Origin: Promethearchaeota archaeon
GTDB lineage: Archaea > Asgardarchaeota > Lokiarchaeia > Sigyniarchaeales > SOKP01
Reading direction: 5' to 3'
NCBI GenBank assembly: GCA_030599585.1
Contig: JAUVNS010000002.1
Location: 32,001 to 96,000, forward strand
DNA: 64,000 bases
Position numbers and translations under genes: made by a program. Each line of letters begins with the position of its first letter. The stretch's first letter is position 1. Shown here piece after piece: positions 38,883 to 49,568 of the stretch. The notes beneath the pieces were generated by a model. It ran no database searches. It was not told where the DNA came from and worked only from the letters and a program-made list of their open reading frames with translations.

Positions 38883-39476
38883 ATGGCAGGGCTTACATAT
38901 ACTACGGCTGAATTTAACACAATAGTTACGATGTTAGGGTGCCTATGTGCTACAGTGCAAGCAGCAACGGGATATTATGCTGGCTACAAGAAGAAAAAAG
39001 TATCGTTACTAAAAACAAACGACATATTATTTAGGTCTCATAGAGCCTTTGGTGGATTTGCGACAACATTATACTTTTTGGGTTTGTTTGCTGGCATCAC
39101 AGGGTTTATTGGCGCTATTTTTTTCGGAGAACCGCCTTTTGAAATACTTGATTTTAGTTTTAACTTTCACGTATGGCCCAGCTTTGCGATTGCAGTCATT
39201 GTTATATGGAAGACTTATGTATCATACTTCAGAAAACCACTAATTTACAAGCAGTGTAAATGGTTAGGGGTTGCTACTTTTATCGCGTGGTCTTATAATT
39301 GGATTAGTTCAGCTTTTTCATATTATTTGCGAACTTTACCATCAAATCCACAGCATCCTCCTCCTACGTATTTACTACCTTTTGAATTATCTTGGCTTCA
39401 AATTATTCTCCCATTTATTATAGGAGCAGTAATAGGGTTCTTTATATTAAAAGCAGCTGATAAAAAAGAAAGGTAA
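38883..39476 (+). CDS. Hypothetical multi-pass membrane protein
   Basis: About 5 TMs with His residues (SHRAFG, NFHVW), possibly cytochrome b-like. Confidence 0.65.
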   Translation: MAGLTYTTAEFNTIVTMLGCLCATVQAATGYYAGYKKKKVSLLKTNDILFRSHRAFGGFATTLYFLGLFAGITGFIGAIFFGEPPFEILDFSFNFHVWPSFAIAVIVIWKTYVSYFRKPLIYKQCKWLGVATFIAWSYNWISSAFSYYLRTLPSNPQHPPPTYLLPFELSWLQIILPFIIGAVIGFFILKAADKKER

Positions 39477-39594
39477 CTGTAGAATACATTAAAAAAGCTC
39501 TTAAGATGTATAGTAAGGGAATTTTTACATTATAAGAAAAATGTTTTTATAATTAACTTTAGAGTTATAATGTAAAACATGAGATGTGTATTTA

Positions 39595-39963
39595 ATGCCG
39601 AGATTAGTGCATTTTGAAATGAATGTAAAGGATGTCCATAAGGCAATATCTTTCTATGAAGATGTATTTAGTTGGAAGTTTCAAAAATGGGATGGTCCTA
39701 TGGATTATTGGCTCATTATGACTGGTGACGAAAACGAACCAGGAATCGATGGAGGGTTAGGTTACGCAGAAGAAGGCTTCCCAAAAATGGTGAACACTAT
39801 TGATGTAGATGATATTGACGCCATAATCAAAAAAATTGAAGCTAAAGGTGGTGAAATCGTGAGACCAAAGCACGCTGTTCCCGGTGTGGGCTGGTTAGCT
39901 TACTTTAAAGATTCTGAGGGTGTTATGTCCGGAATTATGCAGAACGATCCTAGAGCTAAATAA
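39595..39963 (+). CDS. VOC/glyoxalase family protein
   Basis: VHFEM...FYEDVFSW...GIDGGL...GWLAYFKDSEG. Confidence 0.92.
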   Translation: MPRLVHFEMNVKDVHKAISFYEDVFSWKFQKWDGPMDYWLIMTGDENEPGIDGGLGYAEEGFPKMVNTIDVDDIDAIIKKIEAKGGEIVRPKHAVPGVGWLAYFKDSEGVMSGIMQNDPRAK

Positions 39964-39970
39964 ATTTTTT

Positions 39971-41620
39971 TTATTTTATACCAAGCCTTTTTTTTTCTAG
40001 TTCGACCAGTTCTCTTCTTAAAATTTTTCCAGAGCCAGATTTTGGAATTTCGTTGACGAACTCAACCTCTCGAATCTTTTTATAAGCAGAAATCCTTTCA
40101 GCAACCCATTCTATAATTTCTTGCTCAGACACTTTTCCTATAGACTCTGGTTTTAAAATGATAAAAGCTTTCGGAATTTCACCAATATCTAGCTCTATTG
40201 AAGGCTTACCTATAACTGCAGCGTCAGAAACATGAGGATTGTTAAAGAGCATATCTTCAAGTTCTGCTGGAGCGATACTCCAGCCTTTATATTTAATCAT
40301 TTCTTTTATCCGATCAAGAAGGTGTTCGAATTCTTCTTCGTCTATGTATGCCATATCGCCTGTTCTTAACCATTTTTCTCCGGTTTTAGGATCTGTCCAA
40401 AATGCACTTTCGGTAGCCTCTGATCGGTTCCAATAGCCTTTCATAACTTGAGGTCCCTTTATGACTAGCTCACCAACATCTCCGCGTTTAGGTAGTTCTT
40501 CGCCTGTTTCTAAGTCAATAATCTTATGAAAAGTATCTGGGAGTAAAGTTCCTTGGGATTCCATCTTAGGATGGGACATAGGATTAACGGCAACTACAGG
40601 AGACGCTTCGGTTAATCCCCATCCGTGTTGGATGGTTACATTTTTAGCGTTACAATTCTTTTTTGCTAATGCATAAAACCTATCAAGGAGTTCGAGTGGG
40701 ATAGGGGCTCCACCATTATTAACAATTTTAAGATCCTCCCAATCGTATCCTTTAACTCCTGGCTCTTCGAGGTGTCTAACTACTGCGAGAAATATTGGGG
40801 GCACACATAAGCTGAATGTAACTCTATATTTTTCTACCAACTTACAAAACTCCTTCACATCGAATCGAGGTGTCACAACCTGTGATGCACCTAACCAAAT
40901 CGCTTGGTTCATACAAACATTAAGGCCATAGATATGGTAAAGCGGGAGCACAGTCATGGCGATGTCAAAATCGCTTAACTCGAACATTTGAGATGCTTGG
41001 ACTACATTTGACACCATATTATAGTGAGTAAGCATTGTGCCTTTAGGTAAACCGGTTGTTCCACTTGTGTATACCAGCGCAGCAAGATCTTCTTTAGGAT
41101 TGAATACATATTCTGGAGGATCTGATTTTGTACTTTTCATTAGGACCGACCATCCAATGGTCCCCTCCGGCATTTTAAGATTCCCTTTAATCTCTTCTGA
41201 TTCGATTATTATTATTGTTTTAAGGCTTGTTTTATCTTTGATTGCAGCTACAATTGGGTATAATGGCTGGAAAACAACTATAGTTTCCGCTCCAGAGTCA
41301 ATAGCTTCGTATTTGACCTCAGTTTCTTTAAATAAGGGATTCATAGGGACCATTATTGCCCCTGCTTTCTCTAACCCATAAAACGCTATTTCCCACTGGA
41401 TTGAATTGGGGATATAAAGGGCTACTCTATCGCCCTTTTTCACGCCTAAGTTTTTCAATGCTGTAGCGAAGATATCTACTTGCTCTTTAAACTGTTTGAA
41501 AGTCATTTCCATAGGGTAAAGAAAAGCTAATTTGTCAGGAAATCTTTCAGCAGTATCCTCTAAAACATTATGGATAGGAATTATGGGATAGTAAAGGTGT
41601 CCTCTTTTGAATTTAACCAA
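39971..41620 (-). CDS. Long-chain fatty acid-CoA ligase
   Basis: YTSGTTGLPKG, GWGLTEAS, LRTGD, DRIKEMIK, PKSGSGKILRR. Confidence 0.93.
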   Translation of the reverse strand: MVKFKRGHLYYPIIPIHNVLEDTAERFPDKLAFLYPMEMTFKQFKEQVDIFATALKNLGVKKGDRVALYIPNSIQWEIAFYGLEKAGAIMVPMNPLFKETEVKYEAIDSGAETIVVFQPLYPIVAAIKDKTSLKTIIIIESEEIKGNLKMPEGTIGWSVLMKSTKSDPPEYVFNPKEDLAALVYTSGTTGLPKGTMLTHYNMVSNVVQASQMFELSDFDIAMTVLPLYHIYGLNVCMNQAIWLGASQVVTPRFDVKEFCKLVEKYRVTFSLCVPPIFLAVVRHLEEPGVKGYDWEDLKIVNNGGAPIPLELLDRFYALAKKNCNAKNVTIQHGWGLTEASPVVAVNPMSHPKMESQGTLLPDTFHKIIDLETGEELPKRGDVGELVIKGPQVMKGYWNRSEATESAFWTDPKTGEKWLRTGDMAYIDEEEFEHLLDRIKEMIKYKGWSIAPAELEDMLFNNPHVSDAAVIGKPSIELDIGEIPKAFIILKPESIGKVSEQEIIEWVAERISAYKKIREVEFVNEIPKSGSGKILRRELVELEKKRLGIK

Positions 41621-41868
41621 TACTAATACCTCTTTAACTTATGTAGATTAATGTTCTTAAAACTTATTCATTAAATTAGTCGTAATTTAGATTATAATGT
41701 ATTTGTTTTATTTATATTAAAATTTACTGCAATAGTGTATAGCCTTATTATATTTGAATTTAAATTCTTCCTTTTTTGAAGAAAGAAAACAGTCTGGAGC
41801 TTAATAAAGATATGTGCAAGTTTAGCATAATTGTTATTTTATTAACGCTCATCCATAGCAAACAACTT

Positions 41869-42315
41869 TTACCATTTTCTGATGTCAATAAGAGTTATTC
41901 CGTTTTTAACTTTTTCCCTTTCTTCTGCAAAATGTTTTTCTAATCCAATCTCTTTGACTCTGTTATAATTTTCAATTACAAATGGGTATCTATCTCTATG
42001 GTAGGCTGTAGATGGGCAATCTAAAAATTCTTCACATAATAAACAACTTTGTAGTTTACTAGCTTTTTCGCATTTTAATACGTCGCACCAAGGTTCTTTT
42101 ATTTGACGACATGTAGGGCATGAATCTTTGGTTAACCATTCCAATCCCTCTTGTACATCTTTAAAACTGAAGTTAACTTCATCTTCTGCCCATGTATATG
42201 AATTTTTTATTAATCTGAGGAGTTCTGAGGCTAATTGCGAGATTTTTCCATTACCATTTGGACACATCTCGCAAAATACTCCGCATACTCCATAGGAATA
42301 ATTTTCCTTAAACAT
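41869..42315 (-). CDS. DUF3795-like Cys-rich protein
   Basis: CGVFCEMC...CPTCR...C...C...CLLCEEF.DC. Confidence 0.75.
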   Translation of the reverse strand: MFKENYSYGVCGVFCEMCPNGNGKISQLASELLRLIKNSYTWAEDEVNFSFKDVQEGLEWLTKDSCPTCRQIKEPWCDVLKCEKASKLQSCLLCEEFLDCPSTAYHRDRYPFVIENYNRVKEIGLEKHFAEEREKVKNGITLIDIRKW

Positions 42316-42450
42316 TTTACATCAGTTCTGTTGTGTGGATAAATCTATATGTTTTTTTCGAGATTTAAAGATTTTCACCGAGATAACGATAAGATTTAAT
42401 TTTAATATTAGACATTCGATAATGAAATTAAAAAATAATATCACAAGAAA

Positions 42451-44406
42451 ATGGATTATCTTAAAATCTTAAAAGGTCAACCTGAGGAAGAACTTTTTCT
42501 TTTAGGGAACATGGCCATTGCTCGTGGAGCTTTAGAAAGGGGTATAAATGTGTACACCTATTATCCAGGTACACCCAGTTCTGAAGTTGGAGAGATTTTC
42601 ACAAAAATTTATAAGAACGCAGGGATGAATTGGGTTGAAAGCAGTATAAACGAAAAGGTTGCATTGGAAGTAGCGGGCGCTGCTTATGCTCGAGGAGCAA
42701 AAGCTATGGTAGGTATGAAAAATGTGGGGTTGAATGTTGCTTCAGACCCCTTTTTTGCGCTTGCTACTACTCGTCCAAAGAATGAAAATTCAGCTATGGT
42801 TGTTTTAATTGCAGATGACCCTCAACAATATTCAAGTGCTGTTGAAATGGATTCAAGATATTACTTGAAACTATTAAAAATACCCGCTCTGGAACCTAGT
42901 AATCCTCAAGAATGCTTGGAATATACTAGATGTGCGTTTGAAATTTCAAGGGAATTAAAGATCCCTGTTATTATAAGACTGGTAACAATGATAGCTCACG
43001 CTAGGAGCAATGTTAAAATAGGAAAACTAATACCACCAAAACTTAATAAAACCTTTGATTTATCATCTGAGGTTAATGTTTCATCAAGACTCTATTTTTT
43101 AGACTTGAAACAAGATCAAATATACAATCGGATGAATCGAGCATTAGTTAAATCAGAAAAGAGTTCTTTAAATTGGATTGAAAATGAGAATACAGCAAAT
43201 ATTTTCAGTTTAGCAATTATAACTAGTGGCGTATCTTATAGCTATGTGATTGAAGCCTTGGAATTCCTGGACTTAAAGGCACCTATCCTTAAACTTGGCT
43301 TTATTAATCCTCTTCCTGAAAGAAAAATCGTTGCATTTCTAAAACGGTTTAAACAAGTGTTTGTCGTAGAAGAAAATGATGCGTACATCGAAACGGAAGT
43401 TTTAGCAATTGCTCAAAAGAATGGCATTCAAACAAAGATACACGGGAAAGATCCATTTTCTTATTCAAAAGAAAGTTCTTTATTGAATTTTGTTGGGGAA
43501 TTAAATCCAACTAAAGTAGCTCTTGCGCTGATAGAAATAACTAATCTAACACCAAAAATAAACCTAAAGCAAATTAAAGAGAAAAAGTACGAAACAGTTA
43601 GAAGGAGACCTGTATTATGTGCTGGCTGTCCTTACGCTACAATTGGATATGCTTTAAAGAAGGCGGTCGAAAAATTGGAATCCGACTCGAAAAAGGAAGT
43701 TTACTTTTACCAAGACATTGGGTGTTATACGCTTCTATCTTTTCCACCCTATTCTTTTGCTAATGTGAAATACTGTATGGGATCTAGTATCGCTCTAGCT
43801 CAGGGCGTTGCTCACACCGACGACAGCCTAAATATAGCCATTATAGGGGACGGTACTTTTTTTCATTCTGGAATACCCGCACTACTAAATGGGATTCACA
43901 ATAAAACACCAATTTTAGTATTAATTCTAGATAATGGTTGGATTGGAATGACCGGGCAACAACCCCATCTAGGAAGTGACACTCGTTATTATCAGGAGGG
44001 AAATCTTAAGAAAAAAATAAATTTAGAGAAGTTTTTACTAGGTACAGGAGCTAATATAAGCGTAATAAAACGCCAAAAACACATTGAAGGGAATTATCCT
44101 GACAGATTGAAAGATTTAATTTATGAAAAAGGTCAAATCGTTTTAGAAAAAAGAGAAATGCAGGTAATTGTTATTGAAGATGAATGTATCCAAAAATTTA
44201 ATCAAAGAAACACACTGGAAGTAAGGTATGTAGATGAAGGATTATGTACCAATTGTGGTATATGCTATAATCAATTTAACTGTACTGCGTTAAATGAAAA
44301 AAACGACAAAGCTTATATCAATTTAAGCGAATGTTTAGGGTGTGGTATCTGTGAAGAATTATGTCCAAACAATGCAATATTAGGAGGAGATAACAACGAG
44401 TTCTAA
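42451..44406 (+). CDS. iorA: Indolepyruvate:ferredoxin oxidoreductase subunit alpha
   Basis: YPGTPSSE, NEKVALE, GLNVASD, LCAGCP, DIGCYTL, GDGTFFHSG, two C-terminal 4Fe-4S motifs. Confidence 0.93.
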   Translation: MDYLKILKGQPEEELFLLGNMAIARGALERGINVYTYYPGTPSSEVGEIFTKIYKNAGMNWVESSINEKVALEVAGAAYARGAKAMVGMKNVGLNVASDPFFALATTRPKNENSAMVVLIADDPQQYSSAVEMDSRYYLKLLKIPALEPSNPQECLEYTRCAFEISRELKIPVIIRLVTMIAHARSNVKIGKLIPPKLNKTFDLSSEVNVSSRLYFLDLKQDQIYNRMNRALVKSEKSSLNWIENENTANIFSLAIITSGVSYSYVIEALEFLDLKAPILKLGFINPLPERKIVAFLKRFKQVFVVEENDAYIETEVLAIAQKNGIQTKIHGKDPFSYSKESSLLNFVGELNPTKVALALIEITNLTPKINLKQIKEKKYETVRRRPVLCAGCPYATIGYALKKAVEKLESDSKKEVYFYQDIGCYTLLSFPPYSFANVKYCMGSSIALAQGVAHTDDSLNIAIIGDGTFFHSGIPALLNGIHNKTPILVLILDNGWIGMTGQQPHLGSDTRYYQEGNLKKKINLEKFLLGTGANISVIKRQKHIEGNYPDRLKDLIYEKGQIVLEKREMQVIVIEDECIQKFNQRNTLEVRYVDEGLCTNCGICYNQFNCTALNEKNDKAYINLSECLGCGICEELCPNNAILGGDNNEF

Positions 44407-44974
44407 TAGCTATACAATAATAATTACAGGCTTGGGTGGACAAGGATTAATTAGGTTTTTACAAATTTTAGGATATAGTTTGATACAAAAAGGATATAAA
44501 GTAATAAGTTCTGAAAAACACGGTCTTAGTCAGAGGGGAGGTAAGGTAACATGCTTCCTACGTTTTGGAGAAAAGATAGCTGCCCCAATACCTATTATAG
44601 GTTCAGTAGATATGATAATCTCCTCTGAAAAAGCTTGTATTTTTGATGTATTAGAATTTACAAAACTTGATCGAAGTTCTAAGTTAATAATAGCAGATTA
44701 TGAGAAGGAATCTCAAAATAATGATTATCCTTCAGAAGAATATTTTATAAAAGTTCTAAATGAGAACTCGGATCATATTAATGTAATTCCAGTTATGCCA
44801 ATCGTCGCACAATTTAAGAATCTAAAAATTATAAATACGATTATTTTAGGGTACATTTTAAGATTCTTACCTATTAGTGAAGAGGATATTAAAAAATCAA
44901 TAAATGTATATTTTAAAAAAGATCTAGTGGTCCTAAATCAGAAAGCACTTGAAGAGGGAATAAAATTAAAATAA
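44396..44974 (+). CDS. iorB: Indolepyruvate oxidoreductase subunit beta (probable ACG start)
   Basis: YTIIITGLGGQG, SEKHGLSQRGGKV; the conserved first strand lies upstream of the called TTG at 44432. Confidence 0.85.
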   Translation, partial: TSSNSYTIIITGLGGQGLIRFLQILGYSLIQKGYKVISSEKHGLSQRGGKVTCFLRFGEKIAAPIPIIGSVDMIISSEKACIFDVLEFTKLDRSSKLIIADYEKESQNNDYPSEEYFIKVLNENSDHINVIPVMPIVAQFKNLKIINTIILGYILRFLPISEEDIKKSINVYFKKDLVVLNQKALEEGIKLK

Positions 44975-45103
44975 TTGGTAATAATATAATTGTCATAAAT
45001 TATACCCTCATAGGTTTCTTAGAACATGTTCACGATAAAAATTATATGATCTTCCATTTTTAATTGAAATAGAAGTTAAAATGTTTTATCGTAGTGGAGT
45101 AAA

Positions 45104-45886
45104 ATGAGTGTAGAAGCGTATCTTAACAAAGGAATAAAAGAAATTATCACGGAATTTCCTGAAGTTGAAAAAATTTTAGACGAATTTGAGATTGCATGTA
45201 GCACTTGCGGTGAAGGTCTATGTTTATTGAAGGATATAGTAGAAATTCATTATATGGAAGAGGAAGTAGAATCAGAGCTAATGGCAAAAATTTCAAACGC
45301 TATTTTCCCTAACAAAGCTATCGAATTCCCTAAAAGAAAAAGAAAAACGAGTGGTCCTAAGGAAATTAAGTATTCCCCTCCTATGAAAAAGATGGTAGAA
45401 GAACACGTTCTAATAAAGAGATGGTTAGCGCTCTTACCAGAAGTAATTGATAACTTAGACTTAGATACGGAAGAAGGGTTACAACTTATTAACAACGGAA
45501 TAGATTTTATTCGGAATTTCGCAGATAAATATCATCATGCGAAAGAAGAAGATGAGACATTCAAGTATTTTGACGAAAATTTTGACATGATCAAGGTTAT
45601 ACGTAACGATCACATTAGAGTTCGTGGACATGTGAAAGCAATGCTCCAAGCGATTGAAAATAAAGATAAGAAAATGTTAGCAGAGCATCTAGTTTCTTAC
45701 AGTCAGATATTACCTGAGCATATTAAAAAGGAAGACGAAATTCTATTTCCTTGGATGGATAGAAACCTAACTACAAATCAAATTGGGCAATTATATTCGA
45801 GATTTAACGAAATTGACGCAGAATACGGGGAAGCTCCCATAAAACATAGAACTTTTATAGAAGAGTTAGAAAAAAAATTCTCTTAA
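45104..45886 (+). CDS. Hemerythrin domain protein with an N-terminal CxxC domain
   Basis: EEH...HHAKEE...DH...HIKKED; N-terminal IACSTCG. Confidence 0.85.
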   Translation: MSVEAYLNKGIKEIITEFPEVEKILDEFEIACSTCGEGLCLLKDIVEIHYMEEEVESELMAKISNAIFPNKAIEFPKRKRKTSGPKEIKYSPPMKKMVEEHVLIKRWLALLPEVIDNLDLDTEEGLQLINNGIDFIRNFADKYHHAKEEDETFKYFDENFDMIKVIRNDHIRVRGHVKAMLQAIENKDKKMLAEHLVSYSQILPEHIKKEDEILFPWMDRNLTTNQIGQLYSRFNEIDAEYGEAPIKHRTFIEELEKKFS

Positions 45887-46010
45887 ATCTATACAAAAAT
45901 GAAGATATTATATTCTTGGATACAGATTCACATCCTTTTTATTTTATCTTCCTTTTCACTATTAATATTACATAATTATTCGCAATAAAAAGCACAAGAT
46001 TTGATTTAAA

Positions 46011-46220
46011 TTGGAACGAAAAAAACTTATTGGTTTAATTCTATTAATAGCAGGATTAGTATTTATTTCTATAAATCTGTTTGTGATTTATCCTTTTATT
46101 AGTTGTTTTTTTGCACCCCTTACATTTTGGCTTCTCGCCATTATAGCTGCTGTCACTGGATTAGTATTATTTTTTGATATAAACTTATCCTTTTCTGAAG
46201 AGGAAGAGGAAAAGGATTAA
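46011..46220 (+). CDS. Small two-TM membrane protein
   Basis: Two hydrophobic helices and an acidic tail. Confidence 0.55.
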   Translation: MERKKLIGLILLIAGLVFISINLFVIYPFISCFFAPLTFWLLAIIAAVTGLVLFFDINLSFSEEEEEKD

Positions 46221-46318
46221 TACAGAGACGTACTTATAAGGGATGGAAATCTTATCGAAGAAATAGAACAAAAATTCTGTTAAAAAATTTATTTTATTCT
46301 TTTTGTTTTTTAAATTTG

Positions 46319-46936
46319 CTATTTACTATATCTCATCATCAACCAGACATCGGTATCAAATTCAGGTAAATCTATTTGTTCGATAACTTCAAATCCAAAA
46401 TGTTCGTATAATGAAATATTTCTTTCGCCCGTTTCTAAATAACAAGGTAAATTGTTTTCATCGAGTTTGGCAAGCATAGGTTTCAATAATTTGCTAGCAT
46501 AGCCCTTTCCTTGATGTTTTGGGTCTATCGCAAGGTTATACAAATACATATGAGGAAAACTGGCATGCTGTTTATGTTTTTCATTAGCTAATTTGCTATA
46601 TCGCATAAGTTGTTTTCGACCTTTTTTTCCTGCTGCAATAATCATAGAAAGAGCTCCATGTCGTATGTAATGCCAATTTGTTAGATTTATTTTATCGTGA
46701 GGCAACCAACCGGCAACACCTTCGATATTTTTACTTGGGGCGTAAACATTACCAAATTTTAAAGATATCCGATAAGTTAAATTCATTAATTTTATTAAAA
46801 ATTTCATTTGTTTAGAGGAATCTATAGAGGAATAAGAAAAATCATCAGCTTCAAAATAAGCTCTGGCAGCAACTTTCCCAGCTAAATAAATATTTGTTTT
46901 ATCGAATCTAAATAGATTCTCAAGGTCGTTAAACAC
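46319..46936 (-). CDS. GNAT family N-acetyltransferase
   Basis: YLYNLAIDPKHQGKGYAS, CYLET, LYEHFGF; paralog of 21715-22335. Confidence 0.92.
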   Translation of the reverse strand: MFNDLENLFRFDKTNIYLAGKVAARAYFEADDFSYSSIDSSKQMKFLIKLMNLTYRISLKFGNVYAPSKNIEGVAGWLPHDKINLTNWHYIRHGALSMIIAAGKKGRKQLMRYSKLANEKHKQHASFPHMYLYNLAIDPKHQGKGYASKLLKPMLAKLDENNLPCYLETGERNISLYEHFGFEVIEQIDLPEFDTDVWLMMRYSK

Positions 46937-47195
46937 AGATAAAGTAATTTTCTATTGCTATTAATCTCTTCTAAAAAAAAATAGAAGTTAGCAAATTAGA
47001 TGATATCCTAAGTTTTTTTATAGCAGGAAGGGCTTAGTTCTTAATTTTAAGTCAATTTATTATTTTTCTTAAATTTTTTGTCCAATTTGTTTTAATTTTA
47101 TAATTAAATTGTAAGAGACCTAAATAAATCTACATCCATCTTCTTAAAAGGGTTAATCTTCATTGCTACAACAATGATTATAATAACAATTTGAG

Positions 47196-47738
47196 ATGAA
47201 AAATGTGAGTGATAAAAACAAAAGAAAGAATACTTCAACTATTTCAGTTATCGCTCTTCTTTTTGGTCTAGCGGGTTTAAGCGTGGGCGTTATTTCGTTA
47301 ATCTTGCCTAGCACACCCTCTCAACAAGAAGGGGTCCGGGTAACTGGGATTTGGTTTAGTGAATCTGGTGATCCATTTTATCTAACTAGCGGATCGGCCA
47401 CCGAAATTCCGAATTTATTAATAGACTTTTCAGCAAATTCAGGGGAAACAATACATTTCTTATACACCGGAACGGCTCTGTTAGATACGAGTCCTTATTT
47501 TGGGCAACCCGCGCAATTACAATTTCAGTTTGTTTTAGATGGTAATGTTTTTTCGAGCTTTACTAATTTAATAACCCCAGATATGAGCGGTGAGAACTTC
47601 ACTGTTCCTATAACACTTGCTTACACATCAGATACTATTTCGGGATTGCAGCATAATATAACAGTACGAGTGTATAGTGGTGCAAATGATGCAGCTGTCT
47701 ACAAGAATAAATTATTGGTTCAGACTTTTTCTACTTAG
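47196..47738 (+). CDS. Membrane-anchored beta-rich protein (paralog of 25028-25546)
   Basis: ISVIALLFGLAGLSVG TM; GETIHFLYT, FVLDG, HNITVRVY, LLVQTF. Confidence 0.7.
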   Translation: MKNVSDKNKRKNTSTISVIALLFGLAGLSVGVISLILPSTPSQQEGVRVTGIWFSESGDPFYLTSGSATEIPNLLIDFSANSGETIHFLYTGTALLDTSPYFGQPAQLQFQFVLDGNVFSSFTNLITPDMSGENFTVPITLAYTSDTISGLQHNITVRVYSGANDAAVYKNKLLVQTFST

Positions 47739-47871
47739 AATTTGAACTTAAAATTAACAACATTTTTTCTTTCTTATTTTTTAAATAATTATTTTTAAGT
47801 CTTTAAATTATAGTAGACTTAATAGAATAGAAAGAATATCTAAGAACTTCCTTCAATTAAGTAAGAAAAAA

Positions 47872-48147
47872 ATGTTCCATGATAAAGTCGAATTTCAAGC
47901 TCTCAATAAGCTTTCTTTAAAAGTTGTTCTTATATTCGTGATTTTTGCTTTTGGGTTGGTATGTGTGTATTCAACAGTAACTCTCTACCTAACTTTTGGA
48001 ATTACGGGCCTTATAATAAAAGTAGTATTAAAAAAGTTCAAGAAGTCAAAAAAGCTTAGACGAACCTTGTTTGAATTCCACACGAGTTTAATAATATTTA
48101 TAATAATTATTTCACTCCACATCGCCCACGTCGCCTATGGGGATTAA
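47872..48147 (+). CDS. Small membrane protein
   Basis: Three hydrophobic segments. Confidence 0.5.
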   Translation: MFHDKVEFQALNKLSLKVVLIFVIFAFGLVCVYSTVTLYLTFGITGLIIKVVLKKFKKSKKLRRTLFEFHTSLIIFIIIISLHIAHVAYGD

Positions 48148-48161
48148 TCCATCATGGAATA

Positions 48162-49436
48162 TCAGCGAGTTTTCATTTTTAAATTTCGGGATAGGTAAAG
48201 TAAGGGTATTAGGACCGATACTACAAGGATTATAAGGAATACAAAAACACCATAGATGTTAATTTCTGCGATAAAACCCGCCGCAATTGGGGTTAAACCA
48301 AAACCAATACCCTTTAATATTTCGTTTATAGTAGAATATTTTTTTGTATTTTTCGCAGCACCGTAATCAATCATGATTTTTAACGAAGTACCTTGAATTA
48401 ACCCTATAAAAAGCCCGATAGATGCACTTATTATGGATACATATAGTATGTCTTGAACTAATACGATCGCTATGGAGCTAACTAGTATCATAATAAGACT
48501 AACATATACGGATATTTTTTTAGAATAGAGTTTCATAGAGTTACTCCAGGTTAATCCACCTAATTGTCCGACTTGCATTGAAAGTTGAATGAGATATGAA
48601 AAATATGAGGGACTACCGGAACTTTTTAGAAATACGGGAATACTAAACCGGAACACAGATTTTGATGCAGCATATATTAATAAAATGATCCAGGAAAACA
48701 AAATAGGATAAACAATCAGCTTATTGTTTGATTTATGTTGGTCTTGAGCTACCATAACACTGTTAAGTTTCGAGTCTCCATTTTTGTTTATGAAATTCCT
48801 ATCCACATGGTTTAATTCTGATTCCTTTTTAAGGAATAGACTAAAGATTGGTAGCGAAAAAGAAATTACAAACGCGAAAATCATAGCGATATATTCGTCC
48901 AAAGCGAAAGCCCAAAAGTAACCAACTAAAAGTCCTGAAATAAAGCCTAGATTCCAAGAAAAATTAAAATGTCTGAAATTTTTATTAGATTTAGCATCAC
49001 TACTAACACTTTGCCATCTGCTTAGCAAGTTATAACAATTAGGCCAAAATATGCCTATTAATAATCCACTTAAAACTCGAATAAAAATGAGATAAAACGG
49101 CTCAAAGTAAATCATTTGAGCAGCCACTAGGATAGGAGTGCCAATCGCAGATATTATGATTGAATTTCGAATTCCTAGTTTTTTTGTAATTAGGTGGCCA
49201 AGAATAGGACCGAAGATATACGCAATTGCAGGTGCTGAACTAATTATTCCTAGCATACTCTCGCTTACATCTTGATAGAAATAAATATAATTTTGAAAAG
49301 CTCTTTCAAAAATAGATAAGAAAAATAATCGGCAAAAGGAAAGCATAAAAATGGGCCAAACACGATAAGAGAATACATTCTCACATTTGTTTACCTCTCC
49401 AGAGCGGAAAGAGGGTGTATCTTCTGCAATCCCCAA
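48162..49436 (-). CDS. MFS transporter
   Basis: About 12 TMs; paralog of 57324-58589 ([24 protein letters not shown]). Confidence 0.85.
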   Translation of the reverse strand: MGIAEDTPSFRSGEVNKCENVFSYRVWPIFMLSFCRLFFLSIFERAFQNYIYFYQDVSESMLGIISSAPAIAYIFGPILGHLITKKLGIRNSIIISAIGTPILVAAQMIYFEPFYLIFIRVLSGLLIGIFWPNCYNLLSRWQSVSSDAKSNKNFRHFNFSWNLGFISGLLVGYFWAFALDEYIAMIFAFVISFSLPIFSLFLKKESELNHVDRNFINKNGDSKLNSVMVAQDQHKSNNKLIVYPILFSWIILLIYAASKSVFRFSIPVFLKSSGSPSYFSYLIQLSMQVGQLGGLTWSNSMKLYSKKISVYVSLIMILVSSIAIVLVQDILYVSIISASIGLFIGLIQGTSLKIMIDYGAAKNTKKYSTINEILKGIGFGLTPIAAGFIAEINIYGVFVFLIILVVSVLIPLLYLSRNLKMKTR

Positions 49437-49568
49437 GTTTGTTACCTAATTCTTCTAATAAGAAATAGAACAGCGTATATCTCAAATACTTTTTCGATTA
49501 GTAAAAATTTATTAACAAAATGTTACATAAATTATCTGAAAGTTATTCATAATTTCATAGGATTAAAA

